A stretch of 18,532 nucleotides of DNA, taken from Bdellovibrionota bacterium (GTDB lineage Bacteria > Bdellovibrionota > UBA1018 > UBA923). Made by a program: the position numbers and the translations under genes. Every line of letters begins with the position of its first letter. Within the stretch, counting starts at the first letter, position 1. The notes below the pieces were generated by a model. That model worked only from the letters and a program-made list of their open reading frames with translations. It was not told the origin of the DNA and did no database searches. This document shows positions 16,901-18,532 of the stretch, in pieces. Where the stretch lies: contig JBFMCE010000079.1 in NCBI GenBank assembly GCA_040754655.1, positions 1-18,532 of the forward strand, written 5' to 3'.

Positions 16901-18355
16901 TTAAAGACCGTTAAAGATCCCTAGTCCTGGATTGAAGATATTGTCTGGGTCGTGGATCTGCTTTCTCGTTTTTGCGGTATTAAGATTCGTTCCGAACTGT
17001 TGAGTCCATTGCGTTGAACCTTGCGGCATCGTGCCGAATGGATATGCTTTGCCTCCTAGGTTTAGAACGTTTGCCAGCATTGTTTGATTCAACGCCTGCA
17101 ATTGCGCAGCCCTTGTCGCATCACTTGCATTATACAAGAGACCGACGAGTAGAAACCGCGATCCGTTCGCTATTTCAGGAGTCTCGAATATCGTCGGATG
17201 ATTTTGAACCCTCTTCCCCGGGAGAAGTAAAATCCCCCCATTTATGCCGAAGTCGGCTGAGTTGATCTGAGAAAAATTCGTCTGGATAAAGGTCGTGATT
17301 TGATTCTCTGGAAGAAAGAAGCCAGCCCACGGATGGGGTTTCGCCCATTCGCCTGTAAGCACCATTCTATCTTTAAATCCGGTATCGTTCGTGAAATCAG
17401 GATACCAAGTTGTGTCTTGGATTACTGGTGCTCCGACGTTATGCAAGCCAGAGAAACGAGCAGGGTCGCCTAGTGTGGTGCCGACGATATCTGAATGCTG
17501 TTGAAATGCTTGCATCAAATAAACGAAGCCACCGAGTTGATTTGGAAGCGCAAGCCCTTGAACACCAGTAAATCTGCCGTCGTTGGCTGCCATCATGACA
17601 TCGCTAATGAGTGTCTGAATATCAAGATAAGCGAAATAATACTGTCTGACGTATTGAGGCGATGGTTGAAGAGAGATTTTTGCTCTTGTGATGATACCGT
17701 ACTGGCCCATGCCGCCTAGCACGGAATAAAAGAGAGCTTGATTTTGAGTGGGTGAGCATGTGAAAAGGAGCCCTCTTCCATCAACCACGTCAATGTCGAT
17801 TACATTGTCGATTTGAAAGCCGTGACGAGCAGCGAAAGGACCTATTCCACCTACAGAGAGTGTGCCACCAATGGTCGTGCCTAGTTCGGTGGTGAGCACT
17901 TTCGGGGTTGCCTGGAAACTGGTGTTCGTTTGAACTACGAGCGCGCTCCAAAGCATGCCGGCTTGTACATCAGCATAGGTAGGGGTCATGCTGAGGACTT
18001 GGTTCATATTCTTCATATCAATAACAAGACCGCCATTGACTTGACTCTGTCCGTTATCGACATGACCTGCTCCGCGGACAGCGACAGGAATCGCATGCTG
18101 CCTAGCAAAAGAGATCAGTGCTTGAACATCGGAGTTGCTTGCTGGTTTTGCTACTGTGCAAGGAACTTGACTGACGGAACCCCCGAAGTCATTGGCATAT
18201 GTTTGTCTTGTCGCGAGATCTTGATGAATGGTTCCCGAAATTGTGGGAAAAGTAAGAGTACTACAGTCCGTCTGTGCAAAAGCGAAACTGCTAAAAGAAA
18301 AAATGCTGATAAGAAGCAACGCAATCGTGCCTCTCAAAGATGATCTTTGCTGCAT
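16901..18355 (-). CDS. Secreted FAD-linked oxidoreductase, cytokinin dehydrogenase (CKX)-like, VAO/PCMH family (484 aa)
   Basis: DFGG, VRGAGH..GQSQ..GGLVIDM, GGTLSVGGIG, VLGGMGQYGIITRA, W..PHPW, DP..IFNPG.GIF. Signal peptide ending SFAFA/Q. ATG 18355 follows GGAGGG. Confidence 0.88.
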   Translation of the reverse strand: MQQRSSLRGTIALLLISIFSFSSFAFAQTDCSTLTFPTISGTIHQDLATRQTYANDFGGSVSQVPCTVAKPASNSDVQALISFARQHAIPVAVRGAGHVDNGQSQVNGGLVIDMKNMNQVLSMTPTYADVQAGMLWSALVVQTNTSFQATPKVLTTELGTTIGGTLSVGGIGPFAARHGFQIDNVIDIDVVDGRGLLFTCSPTQNQALFYSVLGGMGQYGIITRAKISLQPSPQYVRQYYFAYLDIQTLISDVMMAANDGRFTGVQGLALPNQLGGFVYLMQAFQQHSDIVGTTLGDPARFSGLHNVGAPVIQDTTWYPDFTNDTGFKDRMVLTGEWAKPHPWAGFFLPENQITTFIQTNFSQINSADFGINGGILLLPGKRVQNHPTIFETPEIANGSRFLLVGLLYNASDATRAAQLQALNQTMLANVLNLGGKAYPFGTMPQGSTQWTQQFGTNLNTAKTRKQIHDPDNIFNPGLGIFNGL

Positions 18356-18532
18356 AGTCCCCTCCGTTGTGGAAATGATGAGTTTAGAGAGGTTTAGTGG
18401 AATGGGATAAGCGTGTTTTGTCAATGACGCCAAAAGGCGAGGTATATTTTGTGTTCAGTGAGTCTAAAAATATGTTTTATTTACATTGGCAAGATATAAA
18501 TAAATTTAGATTATCTTACGCAAGCAATATGC

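Noticed and set aside
18396..18424. Minus-strand TTGACA (18424-18419) as the promoter of the flavoprotein gene
   Set aside because: No acceptable -10 hexamer lies at 16-18 nt spacing.

Overview
Bacterial chromosomal origin region. The protein style is loosely Bdellovibrionota/Myxococcota-like, which is a low-confidence impression. From left to right: a dense DnaA-box array (oriC, probably cut by the left edge) downstream of dnaA (-). Next is the divergent rpmH-rnpA-yidD-yidC-mnmE operon. Instead of the usual mnmG-rsmG-parAB, it is followed by a tightly coupled C4 acyl-CoA operon (hbd-crt-bcd plus a two-subunit B12 mutase). The mutase's specificity residues (RQF; YIAQKEW) indicate isobutyryl-CoA mutase rather than methylmalonyl-CoA mutase. 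Then come an aldehyde dehydrogenase (-), a class II B12 ribonucleotide reductase with no C-terminal cysteines, and tRNA-Gly(CCC) (-). The window ends with two convergent, apparently secreted accessory genes: an unknown protein with degenerate helical repeats, and a cytokinin-dehydrogenase-like flavoprotein whose catalytic Asp position is altered. No CRISPR array, IS, integrase or riboswitch was recognised.
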